In this document: positions 24,240 to 38,669 of the stretch, piece by piece
How the letters are laid out: each line of letters opens with the position of its first letter
Numbering within the stretch: position 1 is the first letter of the stretch
Source of the DNA: Malacoraja senta
Lineage: Eukaryota
Length of the DNA: 64,000 nucleotides
Reading direction: 5' to 3'
Assembly (NCBI GenBank): GCA_038087875.1
Contig: CM075993.1
Span: forward strand, 7,876,001-7,940,000
The notes under the pieces: model-generated
Told to the model about the DNA's origin: nothing
Databases searched by the model: none
The model's input: only the letters and a program-made list of their open reading frames with translations
Made by a program: the position numbers and the translations under genes

Positions 24240-24677
24240 GTGAGTGACGGCCGGGAAGTTCACTCCCCCACCCCCACCCCCATCCCCCGGCCACTATCTC
24301 AGCTCCCTGCCGAAAAGCAGCAGTTACCCTTAGTAACGCAGTGTTTCCTCCAGTCCCGTGGTGTCAGCCACACTCAGAAATCCAGCCCACTCTTCATTGC
24401 CGCGCGGGGGGGGGAGTGCCGCACTGGCAGCAGTAAAGGGCCTGTAAGCTCAGGCTCAGGGCAGTCGCGACCTGCAGGAACAGTGGCAACATTTTGACAA
24501 GCAGGATCTGCCGAGCTCTTGCCAGAATTTATTCCAAATCAGAGTCATATTTTCATCTGGTTGTGAAATGCGTTTGCGAGCTGAGACAGTGAAGGGCGCT
24601 ATAAAAATGCAGATGTTCCTCTTGCCTAAAAAGGGGGATAAAAATCTCCCCCTTTTGTGAATTGCTGTGTAAAAGGT

Positions 24678-24969
24678 GTGTCGGAAGGAACTGCAGATGC
24701 TGGTTTAAACTGAAGATGGACACAAAAATCTGGAGTGGCTCAGCGGGTCAGACAGCATCTCTGGAGAAAAATAATTGGTGGCGTTTCAGGTCGAGACCCT
24801 TTTCATACCTCTAGTTTCCCTCTCCCCTGACTCTCAGTCTGAAGAAGGGTGGTGGCCCGAAACGTCACATGCTCCTTTCCTCCAGAGATGCAGCCTGACT
24901 TGCTGAGCTATTCCAGATTTTTGAGTCTATCTTCAGTTTATACCAGCATCTGCAGTTCCTTCCTACACA
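24678..24969. mobile_element. PLE fold-back with tail on both arms and an intact hammerhead motif (24839-24866)
   Basis: Inverted arms of about 110 bp; ctgaagaagggtggtggcccgaaacgtc. Confidence 0.8.
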
Positions 24970-25007
24970 CCTTTTACGCAGCAGTTCGCTTTCCGTGAAC
25001 ACTATAG

Positions 25008-27133
<2,126 letters not shown>

Positions 27134-27854
27134 CTGACTCTTCTCGGTGAGGGCACGGTGAAAGATTTCACCTCATGGACACCAGCCTGTACATGGCTGC
27201 AGTCTGTCTCTGGCACCTGGTTAGCAGGCCAGAGGGACCGTGTGCTCATCTGGACCAACATCAGACGCCAGCATTATTTGTTTGATTGCATGTCTGGTAT
27301 CCATTTTAGATTAAATACTCCTTGGTCTATGATGGTGCAGCAGTACAGTTGCTGCCTTAGCACCAGAGACCCAGGTTCGATCCTTACTACAGTTTCTGTC
27401 TGTACAGAGTTTGTACATTCTCTCTGTGGCCGTGTGGGTTTTCTCCGGGTGCTCCGGTTTCCTCCCACACTCCCAAAGATGCGCAGGTTTGTTGGTTAAT
27501 TGGCTATTGTAAATTGTCACTAGTGGTAGGATGGGAAAGTGGGATAACATAGAACTAGTGATCGATGTGTAGCATGGACTCCCTGGGCCGAAGGGCCTGT
27601 TTCCATGCACTATCTCCAAATGACAACGGTTCAGATGAGGTGGCGGCTTATGGAAGCAACAGAAAAACAATTGTTTCTTCAATTAAAAACCTGCATTGTG
27701 AATGGAATGGAGTCTTTGAGTGGAACGGCCGGTTCCTGATCCAGAATGGTTTTGCTGCATGTCAACAGTATCCAAATGCCGCAAACTCCTCAGTACGTAC
27801 CCGTGAAGTGCGATCAATGTTTACTAATCAATGCTGCTCTTCCTCCGTCCACAG

Positions 27855-27905
27855 ATGGAAGAAGCTGGCCACAATGAAGATAACGGGAACAGTTCCAGTG
27901 GCATG
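27855..27905 (+). CDS. SNX27: Probable frame-neutral cassette exon of the SNX27-like gene: MEEAGHNEDNGNSSSGM
   Basis: Pyrimidine tract plus ccacag| acceptor, |gtacgg donor, 51 nt phase 0/0. The acidic peptide resembles a recalled insert between WRKE and NIF in non-mammalian SNX27. Confidence 0.55.
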
Positions 27906-28094
27906 GTACGGACATGGGGGAAGGAGGAGTGTGTAGAGATACTGTGACCTTGCCGGTGAGGCTGCAATGAAGCTGCATTTCAGTTGTCCCTTTACAGATT
28001 TGCCCTTGGGTAGAGCTGAGGCCTTTGTCTAGTTCCCAGTGATTGCAGTAGGGCCAGTGTGTATCAATAACTCATGAGGCTAACGTTTGTGGTA

Positions 28095-29210
28095 GGCAGG
28101 TTACTGGAGAGTATTCGGAGGGATAAGATGTATGCGTTTGAATCGACATGGATTGTTTAGGGATAGTCAGCTTGTTTGATCCCCTGGGATGGCGGGACTG
28201 TCATATGAGGAAAGATTGAAAAGACTAGGCTTGTATTCACTGGAGTTTAGAAGGATGAGGGGGCATCTTATAGAAACATATAAAATTATAAAAGGACTGG
28301 AAAGCTAAATGCAGGAAAAATGTTCCCAATGTTGGGCGAGTCCAGAACCAGGGGCCACAGTCTTAGAATAAAGGGGAGGTCATTTAAGACTGAGGTGAGA
28401 AAAAATGTTTTCACCCAGAGAGTTGTGAATTTATGAAGAGGGCAGTGGAGGCCAAATCACTGGATGGATCTAAGAGTTAGATAGAGCTCTAGGGGCGAGT
28501 GGAATCAAGGGATATGGGGAGAAGGCAGGCACGGGTTAGGGGACGATCAGCCATGATCACAATGAATGGCGGTGTTGGCTCGAAGGGCCGAATGGCCTCC
28601 TCCTGCACCTATTTTCTATGTTTCTATGGTTGTGAATGTGAGAGAGATCGTAAGTTACGAATCTGTGATTTTTGAAGAAGTAACCAAAATGGTTGACGTT
28701 GTCTACATAAATAAGTCATTTGATATGGAACAGTATGGTAGGCTGATCTGGAAGGTTACATCGCTTGGGATCCAGGGAGAGCTAGCTGACGGGATAGAGA
28801 ATTGTCTTCATAGAAGGAATGATGGTGGAAGGTTGTGTCTTGGACTGGAGCTTTGCCAATGCTGTTTGAGGCTTATACGTATCAATGATTTGGAGAAGTG
28901 TGTAGATGGCATGACAAGGGAGTTTGCAGATGACATTCAAGTGTGTGGGGTTGTCGATAGTGGGGGTGCTTATCAAACATTGCAGCAGGATCTTGATCAG
29001 CTGGGCAAGTTGGCGGAAGGATGGTTGATGGAGTTTAATGCTGATAAGTACGAGGTGTTACATGTTGGGATGTCAAACTGGGGCAGGATCTTCACAGTGA
29101 ATAGCAGGGCCCTGGGGATTGTTGTAGAGCAGAGGGATCTAGGAACGCAAGTTCTGTCACAGGTGGATAGGGTGGTCAAGGAGGATTTCAGTAGCTTGGC
29201 CTTCATTAGT
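28095..29210 (+). mobile_element. Old CR1 RT remnant interrupted by a younger CR1 3' fragment (about 28176-28628)
   Basis: FEEVTK...INDLE...FADD...LQQDLDQLGK peptide in ORF 28566-29261. Confidence 0.8.
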
Positions 29211-31574
29211 ATTCGCTACATAACCCTTTATATATTTTATATAACTATAAAAGTTATATAACTTGCTATATAACCCCACTGAATAACTCAGAGCCTCATC
29301 TTCCCCACTATTCTGGACAAAATAAAATATTAATTTTACGCGTGTCAGAGGTTATGGGGAGAAGGCAGGAGAATGGAGTTCGGAGGGAGAGATAGATCAG
29401 CCATGATTGAATGGCGGAGTAGACTTGATGGGCCGAATGGCCTAATTCTACTCCTATTCCTTATGACCTTAATTCAAGTTATTTAGGTTTAAACACCTGG
29501 CAGTCCCTCTCCTCGCCAGGATGAAAGCCACCATCTTGTGCAAGGTGTAGCCTGTCTCCAGACTGCGATGTCAGACTGAGAGTTATCAATAAGCTGACAT
29601 GAACTGATTGTGTGGCTGTAGTGGTTTAGTGAAAAGTCTGTGGAATTCTCTGCCTCAGAAGGCGGTGGAGGCTGGTTCTCCGGATACTTTCAAGAGAGAG
29701 CTAGACAGGGCTCTTAAAGATAGCGATGTCAGGGGATATGGGGAGAAGGCAGGAACGGGGTACTGATTGGGGATGATCAGCCATGATCACATTGAATGGC
29801 GGTGCTGGCTCGAAGGGCCAAATGGCCTACTCCTGCACCTATTGTCTATCGTCTATCACACTGCCATAGTACGTTGCAGATGTCGAGGTGATTGTGGATA
29901 AGGAGAGCTGCTGAGGGGGCAGGTGGTAGATCTGTCATTATCGTGCTTTCCTTTACCTGATGGTGAGTCATTTAAGTGACTTAAATTTCACAGCGACGAG
30001 CTTGCATTGTCCACACGACCCACTTGTCCTGATTGTGTCGGCCTTGTTCTGACCGCTATCCCAGCTACCCTCTCTCGTTCCATTGACCGATGGGAAATTT
30101 CAAGGCACAATCAAGGGCTTCAATAGTCCAAATTGTCCAATGTTCTTTAGCAAGGCAGCAATTGCTTTTGAGAGGAGAAAAGTTCAAAGGAGACGTGTGG
30201 GGCGAGTAGTTTTTACAGAGGTTAGTGAGTGCCTGGAACGCGCTGCCAGGGGTGGTGCTGGAAGCTGATGCAAGTGCCGTTTCTGAGGCTTTCAGCTAGA
30301 GACGTAGACAGCAGGGAGTGGAGGAATATGGATCACCTGCAGGCAGAGGAGATTAGTTTATCTTGTCAATGGATACTTTTCAGGCAGAGATAGATAGATT
30401 CTGAAGAAGGGTCTTGTCCCGAAACGTCATCCATTCCTTCTCTCCAGAGATGGTGCCTGTCCCGCTGAGTTACTCTAGCGTTCTGTGTCTATCTTAGATT
30501 CTTGATTAGCATGGGTGTCGGGGGGGTTATGTGGAGAAGATAAGAGAATGGGGTTTGGAGGGATAGATCAGCTCTGATTCAATGGCAGAGTAGACTTGAT
30601 GGGCCGAATGACCTATCATTTATGACCTTATGATCATGTTCGGCACAGACGTTGTGGGCCGAAGGGCCTCTTCCTGTGGGTTACTGTTCTAGTCGCACCT
30701 CATTGCCCATTCCTTGATTGGCTGCATGAACAAGTAACCTTTCCCTTCATCCTGGTCAGATATAAGCCGTCAGCGACAGACATTCCCGGTTTGCCCATCC
30801 CTCCCCTGCATCTCACCCACTGGCCCCAGTCATGTCTGCACTGCCACTCAGCTGTGAGGAGGCAGTATAAACTCGCCAAGTACTTCTGGTGAAGTTTCTT
30901 TCTTTGTTTAGAATCAAAACATGTGAACCTTAAATATTCAGCGCAGTATCTGTCTGTCCTAGATTTGCAATCTATTTTAACTCTCACTGGCCTGTATTTG
31001 GTGAATCCAGAGTCACTTCTGATCCAATGGGCGGGGGAAACGGCACACAATGGTGCAGCTGTTAGAGCTGAATCACAGGTTCAATCCTGACCTCCAGTGC
31101 TGCCTGCACATTCTCCCTTACCCTGGATGTCCCCAGGGTGCTCTGGTTTCCTCCCACATCCCTATGGCATGAGGGATGGTAGCTTAACTATTGCCCTTTG
31201 TGTGCGGGCTAGTGGTGGAATCTGGGGGAAGTGGCGAGTATGTGGGAAGAGGAAAATGGGATCAATGTAAATGGGTGGTTGATGGATAGTGTGGACTTGG
31301 TGGGCCGAAGGGCCTCTTTCCCTGCTGCATGGCAATATAAAACTTGCATTAGCTGAAGGACAACACTTGTGTGGTGGGTTTGTGAGGGCTTGGTGTTGTT
31401 AAGTGGCTTGGATCTTTATCGGGATGCTGGAGTAATCAGTTTGTGAACCTTGTAGAGGAGGTGTTGGTGGTTTTGTCCTGCAGCACAGCACTGAGCTGAG
31501 GGTGGGAGCAGCAGCTGCAGGAACATTTGCCTTGGCTGCCCTCTAACCTGCTCCTTCTCTGCTCCTCCTTTCAG

Positions 31575-31625
31575 AACATCTTTCACGCGGCAGCAAGAAG
31601 AGGAAACAGAGGCTTGCTGTCCTGA
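31575..31625 (+). CDS. SNX27: SNX27-like terminal coding exon: NIFHAAARRGNRGLLS*
   Basis: Branchpoint-like ctaac, long pyrimidine tract, tttcag| acceptor. Starts with NIF like the SNX27a C-terminus (NIFQMARSQQRDVAT). TGA at 31623-31625. Confidence 0.8.
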   Translation, partial: NIFHAAARRGNRGLLS

Positions 31626-32722
31626 TGGGAGACCTCATTCTCTGTAGCATCTCAGCACCTTAGCATGAAAACCGAAGCAATTGGACCTTGGACATTGGGA
31701 GATAGGGAGGCATGCAATGGCCCAAACCTTTCCTCAATGTAGCTGTGACATCAGAACAATCTTCAAGTAGTCCATTCATCATTTCATCCCATCCTTCACT
31801 GTTCTAAAGTTGCCACTCACAGACACCTCTGTGAGTGATCAAGGAGTGTATTGGACTGCAGGACACTGGGATGCCATCTTCCTCACATGGGACAACTGTA
31901 GTACTTGGCCAGCAGAGTACGGGGTGCCAGCCCTTGCCAGTTGTGATTTGTTAGCCTGGGACCAGTTGGTGAAGGGGCGAACACTAAACCAGCCAGAATC
32001 CAGCTCCAACCTAATGAATATGTCAACAGTGTAAGCTACTGGTTTAAATGCTGAGCATTAAGAGGCAGAATCCCTTGAGAGAGTTTCTATCTGCAAATGG
32101 CTGGGTGATGCCTGCAAGATGCCTTGGTCAACTGGGTCCAAGCACCAGTTCACCTTGACCATTTCTCAACTCAAGGGTCGCGAGTGGATGTTCCTGTCCA
32201 CGCCTGACTCTGGGGTAATCTACAGCCTGCCATTGGATGCGGTCCTGCATGCAGTGTGTGTGCAGTATTGCATTTCGATAAGATGCAATGGGGCGAGGGG
32301 GGGGGGGGAGAAAGGGGCATTTTTCGTTAAACTTTACCAGACAATGTTTAATTTCGTATTGTTTTGTACTTTGAGCTGTGGTGCTCTGCCAAGGCAACGG
32401 ACTCTCCCATTGAGAAGTATTTCATCCAGTGACTCTGTTGGTAATGATCGCTCCCGACTACGGTGGAATTGGCCATGTTGGCTCTCTGTGCTGTTGTGAC
32501 AGTGACAAGCATTAGGGGGGGAGAGAAACATTCAGTGTTCAGTAGGAGAACAGATTTGTAATTAACCCATTTTGTGTCTGCAATATTTCCCTTCTCGTTG
32601 TCGGGGAGCAAGACTGAACCCAAAAGCATCCACTACAAGTTGTTGAACACTTGGCTGGGAAACCGGCCTGTACTTTATATATGAAAGTATTTCCAGTGCT
32701 TTTTGTTGCATATTGTTTCTGA

Positions 32723-32728
32723 AATAAA
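32723..32728 (+). promoter_or_regulatory. Candidate polyadenylation signal AATAAA of the SNX27-like gene (alternative ATTAAA at 33358-33363)
   Basis: Lies in a repeat-free stretch after the stop codon; the ATTAAA site is followed by GT-rich sequence. Confidence 0.45.
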
Positions 32729-33636
32729 CAGTTACTTAACCTCGACATGCTGCTTAACCACACAGTTATTCAGACTCTGTGTTTATAGGTTAGTCAGTCG
32801 CCAGTTGTCAGTGGAGAATGTGCAGTTTGTGTTCCTCGCGCTGAGTTCACCACCTTTCGGGAGTCCGGAGCAAGGAACCAGTTGGGTGAGTGCCCGAGGA
32901 ACAGTTGATGCCAATTCCCCTTTGCCTTGCCTGTGTCGTGGCAGTGTCAAGGTTCACCAGGGTCAGTAGGGGCGAGAGGCTGGTTCTGTGATATGTTTAA
33001 GCTTTCAGTTTTCATGATCTGTTTTACACAGTGCAGTCTTTGTATTATTTTAAGGACTAGTGGATCAGTTTTAAATCAACCTCATCAAACTTCCTGATCT
33101 CGTGACAGGACTGATGTCAGAAGTGTTGCACCAGGATCCAGAAGTCCCTACCTAGTAACTGAGAGACTGTGCATTGTGTTCAGATGTGGGCCAATATACG
33201 GGCCTTGGATATGAAGCCACAACTACAGCTTGTCAGAGGCCAACTGTGGGAAGAAGCAATTGTTTGTAAAAAAAAACTCTAGTCTTCTCAAAATTACCAT
33301 GTAATTTCTTGAAAGCATCAGTGTTAAAGCTGCAATGTAATTATTTATAGATCCATAATTAAAGGTGGCGACTGGTTTGTGTAATACGCTGTCATTGTGT
33401 CCGTTTACTCCAAACAGTGGATAACATGTTCATTCCACAGCCCACAAGGTGAAGGTGCGATTCCACAAAGCTGCCAACACCTGACATCGCTGCCTTGGGC
33501 TGGGACAAGAGGGGCCACTGAGTGGTCAATTGCATTTGGTCTCAAACATTGAATTTTTGTGACGTCTCTGTGGCAGTCTTAGTTTGTTTTAGAGATACAG
33601 TACAGAAACCGGGCCGAATGGCCTATCACTTATGAT

Positions 33637-34381
33637 CATAGAAACATAGAAAATAGGTGGAGTAGGCCATTCGGCCCTTCGAGCCTGCACCGCCATTCAA
33701 TATGATCATAGCTGATCATCCCAACTCAGTATCCTGTACCTGCTTTCTCTCCATACCCCCTGATCCCTTTAGCCACAAGGGCCACATCTAACTCCCTCTT
33801 AAATATAGCCAATGAACTGGCCTCAACTACCTTCTGTGGCAGAGAATACCACAGATTCACCACTGTGAAAAATGTTTTTCTCATCTCGGTCCTAAAAGAC
33901 ATCCCCCTTATCCTTAAACTGTGACCCCTTGTTCTGGACTTCACCGACATCGGGAACAATCTTCCTGCATCTAACCTATCCAACCCCTTAAGAATTTTGT
34001 ACGTTTCTATAAGATCCCCCCTCAATCTTCTAAATTCTAGCGAGTACAAGCCGAGTCTATCCAGTCTTTCTTCATATGAAAGTCCTGCCATCCCAGGAAT
34101 CAGTCTGGTGAACCTTCTCTGTACTCCCTCTATGGCAAGAATGTATTTCCTCAGATTAGGAGACCAAAACTGTACACAATACTCCAGGTGTGGCCTCACC
34201 AAGACCCTGTACAACTGCAGTAGAACCTCCCTGCTCCTGTACTCAAATCCTTTTGCTATGAAAGCTAACATACCATTCGCTTTCTTCACTGCCTGCTGCA
34301 CCTGCATGCCTACTTTCAATAACTGGTGTACCATGACACCCAGGTCTCGTTGCATCTCCCCTTTTCCTAATCGGCCACCAT
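33637..34381 (-). mobile_element. CR1 LINE 3' fragment (same young subfamily)
   Basis: ORF ends RPHLEYCVQFWSP...GYGEKAGTGY; same 3' UTR and tail. Confidence 0.93.
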
Positions 34382-34701
34382 CCAAGTCCCCGCACACTAA
34401 CACTATCCTACTGATCAACCGAGGGCAATTTACAATTTTTAACTAAACTAATTAGCCTGGAAACCTGGACGTCTTTGGAGTGCTGAAGAAAACCTGTGCA
34501 GCTAGACCCACGCAGGTCACGGGGAGAAGGTACAAACTCCACCGACAGCACCCGTGGTCAGGATCGAAACTGGGTCGCTGGTGCTTGAAGGCAGCAACTC
34601 TACCGCTGTGCCATCCCAGTCTCAATTGCTCCAGAATCACCAAAATCAAACGAATAGCTGAGGAATCTCAGGTCAGGAAGCATTAATTGCAAAAATTCAG
34701 G

Positions 34702-35126
34702 AACAAAGAACTGCAGATGCTGGTTTATACCACAGATAGACAAAGTGCTGGAGTAACCCACCGGGTCAGGCAGCATCTCCAGAGATAAAGGGTAGGTGAC
34801 GTTTCGGGTCGGGACCCTTATTCAGACTGAACGTAAGAGGGGAACCACTCAGGGTCGGCCAATTGTTGGCGAGGGGAGGTGTGATCCCAAGAGACATACA
34901 ATGTGGTGAACTGTGCAACTGGTTCAATGACTAGGGTGGAGGAAGGGTTATGTCAGTAAAACACCAGGCTGGAAGCTGCACAAGCAAAATATCAGATGCT
35001 GTTCCTCCAATTAGCAATGGAGGAGGCCCAGAACAGAAAGGTCAGTGTAGGAAGGGGAATTAAAATGGTTAGCAACCAGGAGATGCTGCCTGACCGGCTG
35101 AGTTCCTCCAGCACATTGTCTACCTT
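34702..35126 (-). mobile_element. Penelope-like element, 5'-truncated: inverted pLTR end + GIY-YIG C-terminal remnant + pLTR + tail
   Basis: Minus peptide VANHFNSPSYTDLSVLGLLHC/LEEQHLIF; inverted terminal repeat at the 5' side; hammerhead-like motif at about 34797-34826. Confidence 0.78.
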
Positions 35127-35137
35127 TAGCATTGAGA

Positions 35138-35690
35138 CAATGGACAATAGGTGCAGGAGTAGGCCATTCGGCCCTTCGAGCCAGCACCGCCAATCAATGT
35201 GATCATGGCTGATCATCCCCAATCAGTACCCCGTTCCTGCCTTCTCCCCATATACCCTGACTCCGTTATCTTTAAGAGCCCTATCTAGCTCTCTCTTGAA
35301 AGTATCCAGAGAACCGGCCTCCACCGCCTTCTGAGGTAGAGAATTCCACAGACTCGCCACTCTGTGAGAAAAAGTGTTTTCTCATCTCCGTTCTAAATGG
35401 CTTACCCCTTATTCATCAACTGTGGCCCCTGGTTCTAGACTCACCCCAACGTCGGGAACATGTTTCCTGCCTCTAGTGTGTCCAAACCCTTAACAATCTT
35501 ATATGTTTCAATAAGATCTCCTCTCATCCTTCTAAACTCCAGAGTGTACAAGCCCAGCCACTCCATTCTCTCAGCATATGACAGTCCCGCCATCCCAGGA
35601 ATTAACCTTGTAAACCTACGCTGCACTCCCTCAATAGCAAGAATGTCCTTCCTCAAATTAGGGACCAAAACGGCCCACAATACTCCAGGT
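35138..35690 (-). mobile_element. CR1 LINE 3' fragment (similar fragments at about 29635-29855 + and 54877-55272 -)
   Basis: LAIEGVQRRFTRLIPGMAGLSY peptide; CR1 3' UTR. Confidence 0.88.
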
Positions 35691-36635
35691 GTTACAGTAC
35701 ATTAATTGCTCCTTTGAAAGACCAGTGAAGATTATTCCGCCACAGAGCAGGTCAACACCCACTTACTTTCTCCCGTTTACTTTTACCTACCAGATTGAAA
35801 TAAAGAGTAAAATCTAAATTAATTGTAAATGAGTCTGCAAACTATATTATGGGTACCTCAGTTGTCTGCTGTGCCTTCAGTCTTTGAGGTTGTCGGCTCT
35901 GGAGATTCCGTTCTATCCTGTTGCCCCACCAGTGGTTTCCCTGACTCTTCATCTTCTGTTCCTTTAGGTGGACGTCCACTTGCTATTTGTCAATGGCAGT
36001 GCCATTGTTACTGCTGTTCGGGCTATTCTTCGTGATTCTCTACCCGAGTATCCAGATTCTTACGTTTGCTGCCATTTGTTGCAGACAAATATGTTTTTAA
36101 GGAAGCTCCTTTCTGAATTCATGTCGTTAAAATTAATAATTTTGTTCCTTATCGCTGCACATTTAGTTCAGTTTAGGTCGAGACGCTTCATCAGGGAATA
36201 ACTGATCACGTTGGAACAGAAACAATTGTTGCTGTTGCAATAAAACTACAGAAGCGGTTAAATGATTATGTTCATGCATTTGTCTAACTTGAGGCCTTGA
36301 TTACTAATATGGACCATTCTAAATTGAACATGCTTGTTCTATATGCCAGCGAGCAGAAACATCCCTGCATCTATCCCCACAAGATTTAAGATTCAATTCA
36401 TTCTTGCAAGTCCACGCTGACCAGCAATCGTATGTTCACACTAGTTCTGTCTTTTCCCACTTTCTCATCCACTCCCTGCACAATCGTGGCAGTTTACAGA
36501 GGCCAATCCTGACCATGGGAGTTGTATGTATGATGTTCTCCCTGTGACCATGTGGGTTTTCTCCGGGTGCTCCGGTTTCCTCCCAACCTCCAAAGACGTA
36601 CAGGTTTGTAGGTTAATTGTCCCTCGTGTATGGGG

Positions 36636-36860
36636 TGTTTAAGAAGAAAGTGCAGATGCTGGAAAATCGAAGGTAGACAAAAATGCTGGAGAAACTCAGC
36701 GGGTGAGGCAGCATCTATGGAGCGAAGGAAATAGGCAACGTTACGTCCATAGATTTAGACAGTGAAGGGCATCAGCTACAAGACCAGAGATAAAGCACGG
36801 AAACAGGCCCTTCAGCCCACAGCCTCACCCGCTGAGTTTCTCCAGCAGTTTTGTCTACCT
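36636..36860. mobile_element. PLE fold-back inserted in a V-SINE, carrying captured flank
   Basis: 12-bp TSD tcgtgtatgggg at 36624-36635 and 36861-36872. Confidence 0.82.
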
Positions 36861-38513
36861 TCGTGTATGGGGCGATCGCTGGTCGGCATGGACTCAGTGG
36901 GCTGAAGGGCCTGTTTCCGTGCTTTATCTCTGGTCTTGTAGCTGATGCCCTTCACTGTCTAAATCTCCCGCAGTTTCCAAATGTATCTTGAACAAATGAG
37001 CTCTCCTCCTGATTGCCAACCTGCTACTGCTCAATTTATTCTTATTTTCTGTCCGTGAGGAGTTGAGGATGAGTGGAGGTGGAGGTTTGAAGCCACCGAC
37101 CGTGCTGCAGCTGTGTGTTACTGCAGTGATTTCCATTCCCTGTGATGTACACAGGTAATGTTCTGACCCTGTGCTGCTGCTGCTGCTGCATTCATTTCCA
37201 TACTCCAGCTGAGCCTGGGTGCTGACTCAACAAACTGAATGTAGATGAGGCAGTTCTCTCCGTCCCCTTAGTGTACTTCCATCGGGAAGATTGATCTCTG
37301 TCCTACTTTCTGCCAAACTATGAATGTTTGGAGCTGAAGCGCTGTCACCCACTCGACAGTTAACTTGTGCGATGGGAACTCTTCACGAGATGGAAATCAT
37401 CTAATCGTTACTTTGGCAAATTAAATTTTCTTATCTCCGTTGAGAGATACAGCATGAAAACAGGCCCTTCAGCCAACAGAGTCCACACCGACCCCTGACC
37501 CACGTACGTTAGCATGCCAGGAACAATTTACACTTGCACCAAGCCAATTAATCTACAAACCTGTACATCTTTGGCGTGTGTGAGGAAACCGAAGATCTCA
37601 GAGAAAACCCACACATATCACAGGGAAGACGTACGGACTCCATACGGACAGCACCCATAGTCGGGGTGGAACCCGTGGCTCCAGCGCTGCAGGTGCTGTA
37701 CGGCAGCAACCCTACCGCTGCCCCACTGTACTTCTCAATGTTAAAATTCTCACGGTGCATGACACACCGCACAACCCTCTGTCCAATGTCCAGGGAGTCC
37801 AGGACGACTGCCTGTTCACACTAGTTCTGTGCTACCCCACTTTCTCGCCCACGCCCGACACACGAGGGACAATTTACAGCAGCCAATTAACCTAAAAACC
37901 CACGCAGAGAACGTGCAGACTCCACGCTGACAGCACCCGAGCTCAGAGACAGCAGCACAACCAGCTGCCTCCTTGTGAGAACTCTGGCACCAGTGAAGCT
38001 GAAACATCACGCTTATCCAGTTAGAAGACAAAGCAACTGCTGTAAACATTCAGCAGGTCTGGCAGCTCCATGGAGGGAGAGACTATCCCCATTTCAGGTT
38101 GAAACTCATTTTTGACCTGACGTGGTAACTATTTCTCCTTCCATAGATGCTGCCTGACCTGCTGTGTTTCTGGCACTTTCACCAAGCAAGCTTTTGTTCA
38201 TCATTCCATCTAAATCTTCATGATAACTGGCTGCTTACACTCCTGGGCCCGTGTCCCCGACTGTAAATGCAAGTGAGCATTACTGCAGCAGAGTAGCTGA
38301 ATGAAGGCCTGCATGGACTGGACGTCAAATCAAACTCCTGCCACCGACAGGAAATACCTACGGAAAATGATGGATAATGGAAAAGAACGGATGCGGAGGA
38401 TGTGTGAATGTTGGATTCATTTCATTGCTTGCTGCACAGACTTTGTGATTGTTTTTCTGTATTACACAAGCTCGATGAATTAACGTGGTGATGATACCAG
38501 GCATAGAGTTACG

Positions 38514-38625
38514 TCAGAGCAGCAGGAGCAGGGTGCGGATCTGGAACGGAGTGAAGGACAGTTCAATCCGAGAATCGTTGATGGAGCAACACTTGGCCGT
38601 GAGTGGTTTCTCCAGGAGGTCGCAC
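38514..38625 (-). CDS. MAN2C1: MAN2C1 terminal coding exon: CDLLEKPLTAKCCSINDSRIELSFTPFQIRTLLLLL*
   Basis: tttccttggcag| acceptor; CDLLE and FxPFQ motifs of the GH38 C-terminus; TGA at 38516-38514. Confidence 0.93.
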
Positions 38626-38669
38626 CTGCCAAGGAAAGCAGCACAGGTTAAGCTGCTGTTCACGAGTTA

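Noticed and set aside
37035..37040. MAN2C1 poly(A) signal (minus-strand AATAAA)
   Set aside because: About 1.5 kb from the stop with SINEs in between; cannot be assigned without transcript data
33580..38510. A third gene (such as NEIL1) between the convergent genes
   Set aside because: No recognisable exon peptide; isolated splice-like sites (for example caggtaatg near 37155) are unsupported
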